Origin: a virus
IMG/VR virus record: IMGVR_UViG_3300032245_001163
Reading direction: 5' to 3' (one strand)
Length of the DNA: 64,000 nucleotides
The notes below the pieces were generated by a model, which saw only the letters and a program-made list of their open reading frames with translations, made no database searches and was not told where the DNA came from. Position numbers and translations under genes: made by a program. This document shows positions 1 through 10,490 of this stretch, piece by piece; the stretch's first letter is position 1, and each line of letters opens with the position of its first letter.

Positions 1-2846
1 GCGTATTGTGCCGATGTTGCCTTGGCAAACACAGTGTTGAAATAAGTTGTTGAATTACCAATGTTGCCAACACCATTGCCGTTGGCATTAATGATATTGC
101 CCAGAGTCACGGTGCCAGTTGATACTGTCAAACTTGTACCTGTAATGGCAGCACCAGTAATTGCACCAGTGGCGCTGATCAATCCGCCAGTTAATAAGTT
201 GCCACCGGTGATATTGGCAGTTACTGCCAAACTGCCCAGCGTACCAACACTGGTGATGTTTGTTTGCGAGGCCGTGGTCAATGTACCTACAATGCTGGTT
301 CCTGCCAAATTGCCACCTGCAATATTACCTGTGGCCGACACAATGCCGGTAGTGATCAAATTGCCACCGGTAATGTTGGCTGTGGTTGAGATGCCTGAAA
401 TTACATTACCACTCAAACTCAAGCTCACTGCATTTAAATTGCCGGCGCTGACGTTGGATGTTGCTATGACATTGCCTGTGGCGCTGATTGTAGCAGATTG
501 TACCAAAGTAGTCACCAGCACATTGCCGCCTGCTACATTAGCCGAAGATGTTATATTACCAGTGGCTGTGATCAGCCCTGCGGTGGCAATATTACCACCT
601 GTGATATTACCAGTACCAGAAATCAAACCGCCGGTTAACACATTGCCACCAGTGACGTTGCCTGCTGCAATAACTGTAGCACTAGCACTGACTGAGGCAG
701 CACTGATTGCACCTGCTGTGATTATGTTGCCACCAACCACGTTGGCTGTGGCTGTGAAACTTGTGGATGATATAACGTTGGCGCCAGTGATGTTGCCACT
801 GGGACCAGATGTGTTGATATTAGCACCAGTGATATTACCAGCCACTGACAATGCTGTGCCCGATGTGTTGGCCACTGCTACCACTGTGGCAGTATTGAAT
901 GTTACTGTGCCTGCGGCTGTGGTTGCACTAGCAGGACCAATATCAATGATTGTAGTTGATCCAGCAGCACCGTTTTCACCAATTTGAATGATTTTTGTGT
1001 TGCCAGAGCCTGTAATGCCATGGCCAATGTTTATGGTTTGTGGGTATGTGCTTTGCCCAATTAAAATTGTACCAGTCTGTGCTGTGCCGCCAACAGTGAC
1101 ATTGCCTGTGGTCTGGCTGGTACCAAGGTTGATGTTTTGTGCGGTGCCTGTGAATGCAACATTGCCGGCCACGCCCAAGTTTCCAGTTGCGCCAACCCAG
1201 CCAGAGATGTTTGCACCCAATGTGCTAAACACTGCTACGTTTGATGTACCACCAATGCCAACTGCGACATTGCCGCCTGAACTTACTACCCGAACATTAC
1301 TAGTACCAAATTGAATACTAGTAGCATCAATGCCAGTAAGTGCAGCACCGTTACCTATGAAGAAACTGCCAGTAACATTACCAGTGGCACTAACCTGACC
1401 CGCAGTGAATATGTTACCGCCGGTGATATCACCAACAGCAGAAATTAATCCGCCAGCAGTGACATCAGTAGTTGCACTAAAATTATTGCCATAAACGTCA
1501 CCAGCAGCCGAAACAATGCCGTTGGTTCTCAAACTGCCACCAACTACACTGCCTGAAGTACTGACAGCAGTGGTACCAATAACATTACCACCTGTGACAT
1601 TTCCCACAGAACTAACCGCACCACCAACCAATACGTTGCCTGCTGAAACATTGCCTGCTGATGTGACGTTGCCTGTGGCTGTGATTACACCCACGGTTGA
1701 AACATTGCCAGCAATGACATTGCCGGTGGCGCTGACTGTAGTTGAGGCTGCCACTGCTCCAACTACACTGATACCACCAGACCATACATTGGCAATTTGT
1801 GTGCCATTCACCAGCATGTTGACATTGGCATTGACTGCGGCAATGGTTACTTCAGAGTTGGAATTAAAAATTCTTGTGCTAGATGTTGAAATACCTGTAA
1901 GTGCCGCACCATTGCCAACAAAATATGTGGCATTGACATTGCCTGTGGCGCTCAAATTGGCCAGAATTAAATCAGTGTATTGGAAGCTAGGATCTGTGGT
2001 GTCAACTGTTGTAGTAGGTTGTGTCAACAAGTTGGTGAACAACTTGTACTTGGCATCTGTTATGTCACGAAAATATCCACTGTAACGAATGTTGGCGCCA
2101 TCATAAAACTGTGTGATAACACCCGAATCATAGGTGTCGCCTGGATTGTTGTTGGCCAAGAAAATAAACGGATCAGTCACAGCCAGGCTGTCTGTGCCGG
2201 TGGTAGTGAATGTTCCGTTGACTGTGAAATCGCCCACACAAGTGATGTCTCCGCCCACATTCAAATTGCCTGTTACACCCACCCCACCAGCAGTTTTAAA
2301 ACTGCCAGTTGATACACTGGTACTTTCAGTAGTATCAACAATGGCAACTCTTCCGCCAATATTGACATTGCCGTCAATTCCTGCACCACCATCCACAATC
2401 AGCGCACCTGTGTCTGTGCTGATTGATATGGCATTGGCCATGAACGTGGCACGATTGGTACCACTCACTGTCACACTCATTGATGACGCATTGGCCCAGT
2501 ACAGGCCAGTGTTGTTTGCAGCCAGGCTCACCACACTGGGGGTGGCCACGGTGCCTGCATTAAACACTGATGCTGACAAATTCAAACTGTTGAGTGCACC
2601 GCCACGATAAGTCACAGTGATGTTGTTTGCTCCGGCACCGGGTGCAGAAGTAAATTGTAAACTCACGTTGCCAGCAATGTAATCTGTAAATGGTCTTTGC
2701 AATGTACTGCCAATCATCACGTCCAGGTCAGACGCTGTCGCTACTGATCTAGCCAAGGTGAATTGTGTGGCCACCGCATTGCCGCTGAATGTTTGAGTAC
2801 TAGTATTCAGCAGCGGTGTGTTGGGTTGAAGACCAAGGTAACTCAT
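1..2846 (-). CDS. Tail fibre / virion structural protein with GN(I/V)TGGN repeats; runs off the left edge and is absent from the ORF track
   Basis: ATG at 2846 overlaps the upstream stop (TAATG). It reads MSYLGLQPNTPLLNTSTQTFSGNAVATQFTL..., then repeats. The same frame at the window edge reads YFNTVFAKATSAQYA, matching the lead-in to the C-terminal chaperone domain of 61664..63451 (FATATTALYADVAE). I did not check every internal codon. Confidence 0.85.
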   Translation of the reverse strand, partial: MSYLGLQPNTPLLNTSTQTFSGNAVATQFTLARSVATASDLDVMIGSTLQRPFTDYIAGNVSLQFTSAPGAGANNITVTYRGGALNSLNLSASVFNAGTVATPSVVSLAANNTGLYWANASSMSVTVSGTNRATFMANAISISTDTGALIVDGGAGIDGNVNIGGRVAIVDTTESTSVSTGSFKTAGGVGVTGNLNVGGDITCVGDFTVNGTFTTTGTDSLAVTDPFIFLANNNPGDTYDSGVITQFYDGANIRYSGYFRDITDAKYKLFTNLLTQPTTTVDTTDPSFQYTDLILANLSATGNVNATYFVGNGAALTGISTSSTRIFNSNSEVTIAAVNANVNMLVNGTQIANVWSGGISVVGAVAASTTVSATGNVIAGNVSTVGVITATGNVTSAGNVSAGNVLVGGAVSSVGNVTGGNVIGTTAVSTSGSVVGGSLRTNGIVSAAGDVYGNNFSATTDVTAGGLISAVGDITGGNIFTAGQVSATGNVTGSFFIGNGAALTGIDATSIQFGTSNVRVVSSGGNVAVGIGGTSNVAVFSTLGANISGWVGATGNLGVAGNVAFTGTAQNINLGTSQTTGNVTVGGTAQTGTILIGQSTYPQTINIGHGITGSGNTKIIQIGENGAAGSTTIIDIGPASATTAAGTVTFNTATVVAVANTSGTALSVAGNITGANINTSGPSGNITGANVISSTSFTATANVVGGNIITAGAISAASVSASATVIAAGNVTGGNVLTGGLISGTGNITGGNIATAGLITATGNITSSANVAGGNVLVTTLVQSATISATGNVIATSNVSAGNLNAVSLSLSGNVISGISTTANITGGNLITTGIVSATGNIAGGNLAGTSIVGTLTTASQTNITSVGTLGSLAVTANITGGNLLTGGLISATGAITGAAITGTSLTVSTGTVTLGNIINANGNGVGNIGNSTTYFNTVFAKATSAQY

Positions 2847-3178
2847 TAGGTGATTTCCATTATGCTCAAAATTGCATCAATGCTAGTGGCAGCACTGCTT
2901 TGCACGTACATCTTGTCCCCGGTAATCATCACAATCTTTTGATCTCCACCAATGGGAATCAACGAAGCCCCAGAGCTAATAGGTGCATTGGCCACAATAT
3001 AAGTGTTGGCTGTAGCATTGGCCAAAAACACATTGGCTGTGATTGCACTGCCTGTGGTATTGGTACAAGTCAATCCAATCACGATAGTGGTTGTAGACGC
3101 TGGAACTGTGTAATTGCCAATTATGCCAGGGCTTGCGCCAACATTTTGTGAAGTTTTTCGTGTGAAAGTATTTGCCAT
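2846..3178 (-). CDS. Small beta-rich virion protein (110 aa)
   Basis: Tightly packed between two fibre genes; Thr/Ile/Ala-rich beta-strand pattern. Confidence 0.7.
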   Translation of the reverse strand: MANTFTRKTSQNVGASPGIIGNYTVPASTTTIVIGLTCTNTTGSAITANVFLANATANTYIVANAPISSGASLIPIGGDQKIVMITGDKMYVQSSAATSIDAILSIMEIT

Positions 3179-3181
3179 TTG

Positions 3182-6100
3182 TTATCCTAATGCTATTGCC
3201 AGTGCAGCCGCGTCATCTATTGTGGCTACTCTAGCGTTGTTGATATTTATCGTGCTAGTAGCGTTGATATTATTGGCATTGACATTGGCCGTTGTTGTTA
3301 TGTTTGCAGTTAAATTGATTGCGCCAATCACATTGCCACTTAGGCTTAATCCTACTGCGTTTAAATTGCCACCAACAATGTTGCCTGTGGCTGATACCAG
3401 TCCTGCAGTGTTGATATTTCCGCCAACAACATTGGCTGTGACAGAGAGACTGCTTAGGGTGCCCACTGATGTGATATTTGTTTGTGCGGCTGTGGTCAAC
3501 GTGCCAACAATGTTGGTACCTGACAAGTTGCCACCAATAATGTTGCCAACTGCTGAAACCAATCCCACGGTGTTGATATTACCACCACTCACATTGCCGA
3601 CTGCTACTACTTGAGCACCAGTATTTAAATTGCCGCCAGTGACGTTGCCTGTGGCAGTAATCAATCCTGCAGTTGAAATGTTACCGCCAACAACATTGGC
3701 TGTAGCACTTACTGTAAGACCCTGCACTAATGCGGCTGTGATCAAGTTACCACCAGTGATGTTGCCAGTGGATGTGATCAATCCTGCTGTGTTAACATTG
3801 CCACCTATAACGTTACCAGTAATGCTGACAACACCACCTGAGTTAATATTACCACCTGTGACGTTGCCTGTTGCCGAAACTAATCCTCCTGTGGTAACAT
3901 TTGCACCAACCACATTGCCACCTGAACTGATCAATGACGTGGCTAAAATGTTACCGCCACCAATGTTGCCAATTGTGGTTGAGATATTGCCAGTGATTGT
4001 GGCTTTGCCTCCCACAGTCAAATCACCGCCATTTGTGGTTGTTACTGCACCGCCTACTGTGAGTGCATTGGCAGCAAAATCGTATATCAACCCTGAATCG
4101 CCGGACACTGCCCCGTTGCGGTCAAACAGCACCTGACTGTTGGCAGTGCTCAGTGAAAAACTACCAACTAGGTTACCAAAAAAGTATTGGCCAAAAATAT
4201 TGCCTGCGGCTGAAACATTGCCTGCGGCTGAAATCAGTGCACCAGAAACAATGTTGCCAGTAGCAGTTACCAAACCTGCAGTGCTGATATTGCCACCAAT
4301 TATATTGCCTGCCACGGTTGCTAGACCAGCAGTGATCAAATTACCACCAGTGACATTGGCTGTGGCGCTTACTTGTCCTACAGTAGTAATATTTCCGCCA
4401 GTGACATTGCCAGTGATGATTGCAACACCGCCTGAGTTAATATTACCACCAGTGATGTTGGCTGTGGCACTTACTTGTCCTGCGGTGTTAATATTGCCGC
4501 CTGCTACATTGGCTGTGGCAACTACAGATACAGCACTGACCGCTGCAATAGAGATGATGTTGCCGCCAGTGACGTTGCCTGTTGAACTGATCAGTCCAGG
4601 AGTTGTAACATTGCCCCCTGCAATGTTTCCTGTGACATTGAGTGTAGACACAACATTGCTTGACAAACTCAGCCCAGCAGCATTTAAGTTGCCGCCGGTG
4701 ATGTTGCCTGTTACTGAGACTGTGGCACCTGTGTGTGTTGTAGCATTGACATTGGCACCACCCATGATGTTGCCACCGGTGATGTTGCCAGACGCACTTA
4801 CACTAACTGCGCTTACTGCGGCCAGTGAAATTACATTGCCACCAGTTATGTTGCCAACTGATGTCACTGCGCCTGCGGTAACAATGTTGCCACCAGTAAT
4901 GTTGCCAGTGGCTGATACTTGAGCACCTGTAGTTAAATTGCCGCCTGACACATTGGCTGTTGTTGTCACTGCCACTGCACTCACAACACCCAATGAAATC
5001 AAATTGCCTGTGGTGATGTTGCCAGTTACGCTCAAACTTGGTAGTACACCAATGCTTGTTGCCACTACTCCGGTTAGTGCCGAACCATTTCCGACAAAAT
5101 AACTGGCTGTGATATTGCCTGTAGTGCTTACTCTAGCGCCTTCAAGGTTACCAACCACAAAGTTACCATAGTTGTTTACAGTAACTACTTCACTGGCAAC
5201 GCTAACATCAGTTGCAGCAAACATCTTTCCAGAAGAGTCTTTGAATCCAACAAATGCTTGTTTTTCAGAGCCACTGTAATACCATAGATCAGTGCCTCGA
5301 TCTTTGCCATCGTTGGACACAAGAGGTGTATTGTTAGCGCCGCGCCCTAATCCAATGATAGGATCTTCAACATTGAAACTGCTGACATTGTTATAACTGA
5401 TATCGCCATTGACAATTAGATTACCGCCCACTAGAACATTACCAGTAGTATTCACTGAAGCTGCCAACACTGCTGCCACAGCAATGACATTGCCACCAGT
5501 GATATTGCCTGTGGCTGATATCAATCCTGGAGTTGTGACATTGCCTGCTGCTAATGTAGGAGTAACATTTAATGCACTAGTGACATTGCCGGTCAGACTC
5601 AAATTTGTTGCAGTCAGTACAGCAGACTTGACTGTGCCAACTGCTGAAAGATTACCACCAACCAAATTGCCTGTTACTGTGGCAGTGGTACCAATTAGAT
5701 TGGTACTAATTACATTACCGCCGGTTATATTGGCAGTGGTAGTAATATTGGCTGCTGAATTCAACGCAGATATAACATTGCCACTGAGACTCAATCCTGC
5801 TGCATTCAAGTTGCCGCCAATCACATTGCCTGTGGCCGTGATATTGTTAGTGGCTCTAACATCTGTGGCAGTTACTGTACCAATCACTGCACCAACTGCT
5901 ATCACATTTCCCAGAGCATGTAGATAAACACCTGTGACATTGCCCACTGAACTCACATTGTGATATGCTACAACGTTGTTGGAGATGATATTACCAGTTC
6001 CGCCGTTGATGTTGGCCACAACCAAACTGTCCAATGTACCTACTGTTCTCAAACTACTGTACAATACATTGGAACTCAATGTGTTCCCATATATCAAGGC

Positions 6101-7432
6101 CGCATTGGAATTTACTGCCAGGCCAGTGAGATAAAATCCATTGCCAACAAAATAATTGGCTGTGAGGTAGTTGACTCCAACGATGTTTCCTGCAGTTGAT
6201 ATTGACCCACTAGTCAAGATGTTGCCACCAGTGATATTACCTGTGGCTGAAACGGTGCCTGCCATAGTGGCAGATCCTGATGCGGTCAATCCAGCAATGG
6301 AAATATTGCCAGACAGCACGGCACCTGCTGCATTGACATTGCCTGTGGCTGTTAATGCACCTGTTATTGAGACCCCAGTAGTACTGGCCACCAATACATT
6401 TGATACTCCGCCAATACTGATGTTGGCATTGCCATTTGCAACAGGAATGCCAATATTGCTGGTGCCATTGGCCAATCTGGCTGATCCCATAATATCAGGG
6501 CCGCTTATAACAAATTGCCCACCCACAGGGTTGGTCAATATCAAACTGTTGTTGGTGCCAGACGTTATTATACTTTCGCCCAGTCTGATGGTATTGCCGC
6601 TCAACCACAGTGTATTCCAACGCTGAGTGGCAGAGCCTATGTTATAAACGTTGTTGCCCACAGGCAACAAGTTGCCTGCAAATGTGGTACTGACATTGCC
6701 AAATACCACAGTGTTTGCCACGCCGCGAACTGACACAGCAACATTGGCACCAGCATTATTAATAAAAACATTGCTGTTGCCGTTGACAATGCTGTTGGCA
6801 TTTCCGGTACTGATACCAGAAAGAAAGGCACCATTTCCTAAAAAGTAACTGCCTGCAATATTACCTACTGCACTGACCAATCCGCCAGTGTTGATGTTGC
6901 CGCCAGTGATATTGCTGGTGGCAGAAATTTGTCCTGCAGTTGAAAGATTTCCAACTGCTAGGTTGCCTTTGATATTTGAACTTACGTTGCCAAATACTGC
7001 TACATTGGATGTGCCATTTACACTGACTGTGACATTGCCATTTGCGCTGACAATTTTTACGTTAGATGTGCCTGAATTTATACTGGTACCAGCGGTGGTA
7101 ATGCCAGTTAATTGTGATCCATTGCCTTGAAAAAATGCAGCATAGACTGTGTCAATTCTTGCAGTGGGAGTACCAATGTCGTACACAGCGTCAATGCTGG
7201 GCACAATGGTTGAATTTGCTTGGATATTGCCTATGCCATTGGCTTTGAGCACTAGGTTGTTGTTGACACCAGTGACGGTGATGGTGTTGCCGGAGATAAC
7301 GACATTGCTGCCTACTGGGCCAGCAGTATAAATCTCAGTAAAATTTTCATTTACAGCGTTAAATGCATCGCGTAACGGTTCACCAGTGCCGTCATTTGCT
7401 GCTGCACCAATGTCAATAATCTGTTGTGCCAT
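3182..7432 (-). CDS. Long fibre protein with a T4 gp9/gp10-like N-terminal baseplate-attachment domain (1416 aa)
   Basis: N-terminus IDIGAAANDGTGEPLRDAFNAVNENFTEIY matches the gp9/gp10 N-terminal motif, followed by dozens of ~18-aa ATGN(I/V)TGGN repeats. Confidence 0.8.
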   Translation of the reverse strand: MAQQIIDIGAAANDGTGEPLRDAFNAVNENFTEIYTAGPVGSNVVISGNTITVTGVNNNLVLKANGIGNIQANSTIVPSIDAVYDIGTPTARIDTVYAAFFQGNGSQLTGITTAGTSINSGTSNVKIVSANGNVTVSVNGTSNVAVFGNVSSNIKGNLAVGNLSTAGQISATSNITGGNINTGGLVSAVGNIAGSYFLGNGAFLSGISTGNANSIVNGNSNVFINNAGANVAVSVRGVANTVVFGNVSTTFAGNLLPVGNNVYNIGSATQRWNTLWLSGNTIRLGESIITSGTNNSLILTNPVGGQFVISGPDIMGSARLANGTSNIGIPVANGNANISIGGVSNVLVASTTGVSITGALTATGNVNAAGAVLSGNISIAGLTASGSATMAGTVSATGNITGGNILTSGSISTAGNIVGVNYLTANYFVGNGFYLTGLAVNSNAALIYGNTLSSNVLYSSLRTVGTLDSLVVANINGGTGNIISNNVVAYHNVSSVGNVTGVYLHALGNVIAVGAVIGTVTATDVRATNNITATGNVIGGNLNAAGLSLSGNVISALNSAANITTTANITGGNVISTNLIGTTATVTGNLVGGNLSAVGTVKSAVLTATNLSLTGNVTSALNVTPTLAAGNVTTPGLISATGNITGGNVIAVAAVLAASVNTTGNVLVGGNLIVNGDISYNNVSSFNVEDPIIGLGRGANNTPLVSNDGKDRGTDLWYYSGSEKQAFVGFKDSSGKMFAATDVSVASEVVTVNNYGNFVVGNLEGARVSTTGNITASYFVGNGSALTGVVATSIGVLPSLSVTGNITTGNLISLGVVSAVAVTTTANVSGGNLTTGAQVSATGNITGGNIVTAGAVTSVGNITGGNVISLAAVSAVSVSASGNITGGNIMGGANVNATTHTGATVSVTGNITGGNLNAAGLSLSSNVVSTLNVTGNIAGGNVTTPGLISSTGNVTGGNIISIAAVSAVSVVATANVAGGNINTAGQVSATANITGGNINSGGVAIITGNVTGGNITTVGQVSATANVTGGNLITAGLATVAGNIIGGNISTAGLVTATGNIVSGALISAAGNVSAAGNIFGQYFFGNLVGSFSLSTANSQVLFDRNGAVSGDSGLIYDFAANALTVGGAVTTTNGGDLTVGGKATITGNISTTIGNIGGGNILATSLISSGGNVVGANVTTGGLVSATGNVTGGNINSGGVVSITGNVIGGNVNTAGLITSTGNITGGNLITAALVQGLTVSATANVVGGNISTAGLITATGNVTGGNLNTGAQVVAVGNVSGGNINTVGLVSAVGNIIGGNLSGTNIVGTLTTAAQTNITSVGTLSSLSVTANVVGGNINTAGLVSATGNIVGGNLNAVGLSLSGNVIGAINLTANITTTANVNANNINATSTININNARVATIDDAAALAIALG

Positions 7433-7454
7433 AGATCTACAATGTCCTCTGATG

Positions 7455-7462
7455 TATTTACC
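7455..7462 (-). promoter_or_regulatory. Putative late promoter variant GGTAAATA
   Basis: TAAATA core in the intergenic gap upstream of 7432, followed by an AGAGGA RBS. Confidence 0.5.
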
Positions 7463-7482
7463 AAAAGGACTTGTTTGCTATT

Positions 7483-8991
7483 TTAGGATAATCTAGTGTA
7501 GGTCAAGTATGCACCAGATTGCACGTTAATAGTTGATGCGCTGGTTTGTGCCTGAATAGCCACATTAGCATTGCCGGCACTGTAGATAGTGCCTGTAATT
7601 CTTGCTGTTCTTGGTGTGGTGCCAGTCATTGCTTGAGTAGCAGCGGCTGTGCCTGACACATTGGATGTTGATGTAGAGAAAGCCGAAGTTTGTGTGGTTT
7701 GCGCTTCCACAGTGTAATAACACGTTCCTGCATCAAAATACGTGCTGAATCCAGTTGTAGTAGCACCAGCAGGCAATATAGGCAAATATGCTTCAAACTT
7801 GTAGGTATAGCCGCCTAGCATGAAGAACCCTAATGTACCAACGTTGGCTTGCACAGCACTGTTAAATGCCACTGTAGTGGGCTGCCATACTATGTTTTCT
7901 ACACCAATACCTGTGCCATAACTGTTGCCAGTTACATTAAGGTTGGCACCAACAATGTTGCCCGAAGCCGTAACGGTACCACTGCGTACATTGCCTGTAG
8001 TGCTGAAATTTTGTGTGGCATTGAAGTTGGCAGCGTTTACGTTGCCAGTTACTGAAACTTGATCATCACTAACGATATTACCGCCACGAATGTTGCCAGT
8101 GGCAGTTATACCAGCAGACCCTGCGCTGACCGCACCTAAACTAATAACATTGCCACCAGTGATATTACCAGTGGCACTAATCAATCCTACTGTACGTAAA
8201 TTTCCACCTTGTATATTACCAGTTACAGTAGCAAGACCGGCTGTGATTAAATTAGCACCTGAAATATTAGCAGCCGAAGTCACATTACCACTTATATAAG
8301 CAGTACCAGTCACTGCCAATGTATCTAGTGGTGCCGCATTAGCAATGCCTACATTGCCTGAACTGCCAATCACTGTGATTCTAGTTGAGGGTGTTGAAGT
8401 ACTACCAGTTTGAATTTGAATATTGGCATTGCCATCACTGTCTTCGTACACCGCACGTATTCTTGCTGTAATTCTAGCGCCAGCACCTGTAGCGTCAGAT
8501 GTAAACCATTCTATACCACCAATATTTGATCCCACTGATGTAACTGCAATATTTGAATCACGAAATCTAATATTCTGATTGCTGGTTGCGTTTGAACTAT
8601 ATGCTATCAACATGTTGCCGTTGACAATGGATATGTTGCCTGCGCCAGCAGCATTGGTAGTATATAGACCACCAGTGGTATTGATATTCCCTGCGTCAAC
8701 GTTGCCCGTAAACCCTACTGCTCCGCCAAAAGTTGTACCTGATGGGGATACCACCATAACATTGGCCACACCACCAGGATTAAATGTAATATTGCCATTG
8801 ATAGTGGGTATTTCAACACTACTGGTACCATTAAAAATCTTGTCAGCGTTGATATTGCCGGTCAACACTGCATTGCCGGTTACTGTGAGATTGCCAATGA
8901 TGTTGACATTGGTACTGCTGAGAGTTACCAAATCGCCTGCATTTATGGTTTCTAGTGTGTAGTCGCCACTGACTCTTTTGACTGTTGACAT
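7483..8991 (-). CDS. Fibre-like virion protein with GN repeats (502 aa)
   Basis: Same repeat family; GNVGIANAAPLDTLAVTG fibre-type motif. Confidence 0.7.
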   Translation of the reverse strand: MSTVKRVSGDYTLETINAGDLVTLSSTNVNIIGNLTVTGNAVLTGNINADKIFNGTSSVEIPTINGNITFNPGGVANVMVVSPSGTTFGGAVGFTGNVDAGNINTTGGLYTTNAAGAGNISIVNGNMLIAYSSNATSNQNIRFRDSNIAVTSVGSNIGGIEWFTSDATGAGARITARIRAVYEDSDGNANIQIQTGSTSTPSTRITVIGSSGNVGIANAAPLDTLAVTGTAYISGNVTSAANISGANLITAGLATVTGNIQGGNLRTVGLISATGNITGGNVISLGAVSAGSAGITATGNIRGGNIVSDDQVSVTGNVNAANFNATQNFSTTGNVRSGTVTASGNIVGANLNVTGNSYGTGIGVENIVWQPTTVAFNSAVQANVGTLGFFMLGGYTYKFEAYLPILPAGATTTGFSTYFDAGTCYYTVEAQTTQTSAFSTSTSNVSGTAAATQAMTGTTPRTARITGTIYSAGNANVAIQAQTSASTINVQSGAYLTYTRLS

Positions 8992-9579
8992 TTAAAGGTC
9001 CTTTGCGTTATTTATGCGGTCAAGCAAGTCTGTCAAGGGCATGTTTTGTAAATTAGGAATATTGTTTAGTTCAGGAATACTGGCTGTGGTGTCGCCCATT
9101 ATGCGATGAAAACTGGTGTCAGGAAAATCTCTACAGATGGATACAAGTTGTTTAATCCAGTTGCCAGTAAATGTAGGCAAACTTGAGCTTTTTTTATAAA
9201 ATTCTGTGTCAGCATACACATTGTTAAATTTGTTGCCAGTAGTTGGTCCCATATCAAACCCAATGAGATACACAGCAACATGCTTGTCTAATGCTGCCAA
9301 AGCCACTGCAATGGGTCCTGAACTGAATCCAAAATAACTTTGTGGCACAGTTCGTGCGCCCAATCCTGGCAAGGGTTTTCTAGTGTACATTGTGTGATTT
9401 TGAGCATACCCAGAATTTTGAATTGTTTGTGAAATGCCCCGATCTGTGCTGACTAAAACATCAGGCGCAAATTCTCTATACAAGGCATTACATCCGTAGA
9501 TTTTGCCACGTTGTTTTAATTGATTTAAATCTACTGCTAGTCGGCTAACGCCGTTGCCCAATACAAATGCTGCGGTCAT
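8992..9579 (-). CDS. Rossmann-like protein resembling MptE/Maf or sialyltransferase-like families (195 aa)
   Basis: Motifs VLGNGVSR, IYGCNALYR, PDVLVSTD, FSSG, VYLIGFD. Confidence 0.5.
   Translation of the reverse strand: MTAAFVLGNGVSRLAVDLNQLKQRGKIYGCNALYREFAPDVLVSTDRGISQTIQNSGYAQNHTMYTRKPLPGLGARTVPQSYFGFSSGPIAVALAALDKHVAVYLIGFDMGPTTGNKFNNVYADTEFYKKSSSLPTFTGNWIKQLVSICRDFPDTSFHRIMGDTTASIPELNNIPNLQNMPLTDLLDRINNAKDL
9009..9016 (-). promoter_or_regulatory. Putative late promoter CATAAATA
   Basis: One mismatch to TATAAATA, 17 nt upstream of the 8991 start, with an AAGGA RBS. Confidence 0.5.
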
Positions 9580-9612
9580 AAAAAATCCCCCCTGTATGTA
9601 TCAGGGAGGATT
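9580..9612 (-). terminator. Rho-independent terminator
   Basis: Minus-strand hairpin AATCCTCCCTG-ATACATA-CAGGGGGGATT followed by a U-tract, just downstream of the 9632 stop. Confidence 0.7.
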
Positions 9613-9631
9613 GATCAATCAACTATTTTGA

Positions 9632-10402
9632 TTATGCATCGTATCTGTTGATCTGCGCCAATGTGATATTGGTTTGTGCAGTACCAGACTTGATAGCAGT
9701 CTCGCCTTGATCAAAGAAGTTGGCCAAATAACGAATACGCTGAACAACTGAGGCAGCGTCATATGTATTACCGCCGGTCCAATCCAAAGCGTACTTGTTG
9801 GTAAGTTTGCTTACACGAGTGGTTGCACTGTCGCCAATGTCCATGGTAATGGTCATATTGCCAGCAGTCAATGAGGAATTAGCTTCGTTGCTGAGTGTGC
9901 AAATTCCCACCAATTGCACTGTGCCTGTGCCTGTGCCCACACCAGTGGCTGTGAAAATATCACCAATTACAACACTGCTGGTTGGGCCGCCGATTTCAGA
10001 CCAAGGTGTAGTGCCAGTGGTTAACACACGATATGTATTGCCGGCCACTGTTGATGTGGCATTGATTGAAGTCAATGCTGCCACTTTGTACTGATAAGCA
10101 CCTTTTTGTGTGATGATAAATCCGTCGTCTTCTGATCCGCCAGTAATGTACACGCGAATTTTCACTGTGGGGTAGTCAGCACCGGTTAGCACCATGGCTT
10201 GACCGGGCACAGTGTTTGAACCACCCACAACACCAAAGTATTGTGCATTGGTATATGTGGCAGGTTTTACTGGTGCGGTCAGTTGTCCAAAAATTGGATA
10301 TGCTGAATCCACTACAACAGGCACACCAAGGCCTGCAGAAGTGCTAGTACCGGTATCACCAGAACCAAGAGAGTATTGTTGAATTTTAAGAGGACGTCCC
10401 AT
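9632..10402 (-). CDS. Probable abundant virion protein (MGRPL... N-terminus, 256 aa)
   Basis: Has its own perfect late promoter, strong AAGGAG RBS and terminator; Gly/Thr-rich. Confidence 0.65.
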   Translation of the reverse strand: MGRPLKIQQYSLGSGDTGTSTSAGLGVPVVVDSAYPIFGQLTAPVKPATYTNAQYFGVVGGSNTVPGQAMVLTGADYPTVKIRVYITGGSEDDGFIITQKGAYQYKVAALTSINATSTVAGNTYRVLTTGTTPWSEIGGPTSSVVIGDIFTATGVGTGTGTVQLVGICTLSNEANSSLTAGNMTITMDIGDSATTRVSKLTNKYALDWTGGNTYDAASVVQRIRYLANFFDQGETAIKSGTAQTNITLAQINRYDA

Positions 10403-10418
10403 TTTGTTTTCTCCTTAA

Positions 10419-10489
10419 AGAAGTCCGATGCGAGTTCTAGTCGCTACGCGGCGGGTTAAACCGCATAAAACGCATTATTGCGTTGACTT
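10419..10489 (-). promoter_or_regulatory. Structured 5' leader (four-way junction) of the 256-aa gene
   Basis: Closing stem AAGTC/GACTT encloses three hairpins, between the late promoter and the RBS. Confidence 0.55.
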
Positions 10490-10490
10490 T

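Noticed and set aside
3182-7432. CRISPR-like or DGR-like repeat array
   Set aside because: The repeats are in-frame, degenerate at synonymous positions and protein-coding. No cas or reverse transcriptase gene is in the window.
61-8962. Many long plus-strand ORFs rich in LPPV/MLP (e.g. 61..987, 4140..4922)
   Set aside because: They are antisense shadows of the repetitive minus-strand fibre genes, with a constant frame offset and no RBS. The same applies to minus-strand ORFs at 62359-63750.
10419-10489. The leader cloverleaf as a tRNA gene
   Set aside because: It lacks D- and T-loop consensus, a 7-bp acceptor stem and canonical arm lengths.
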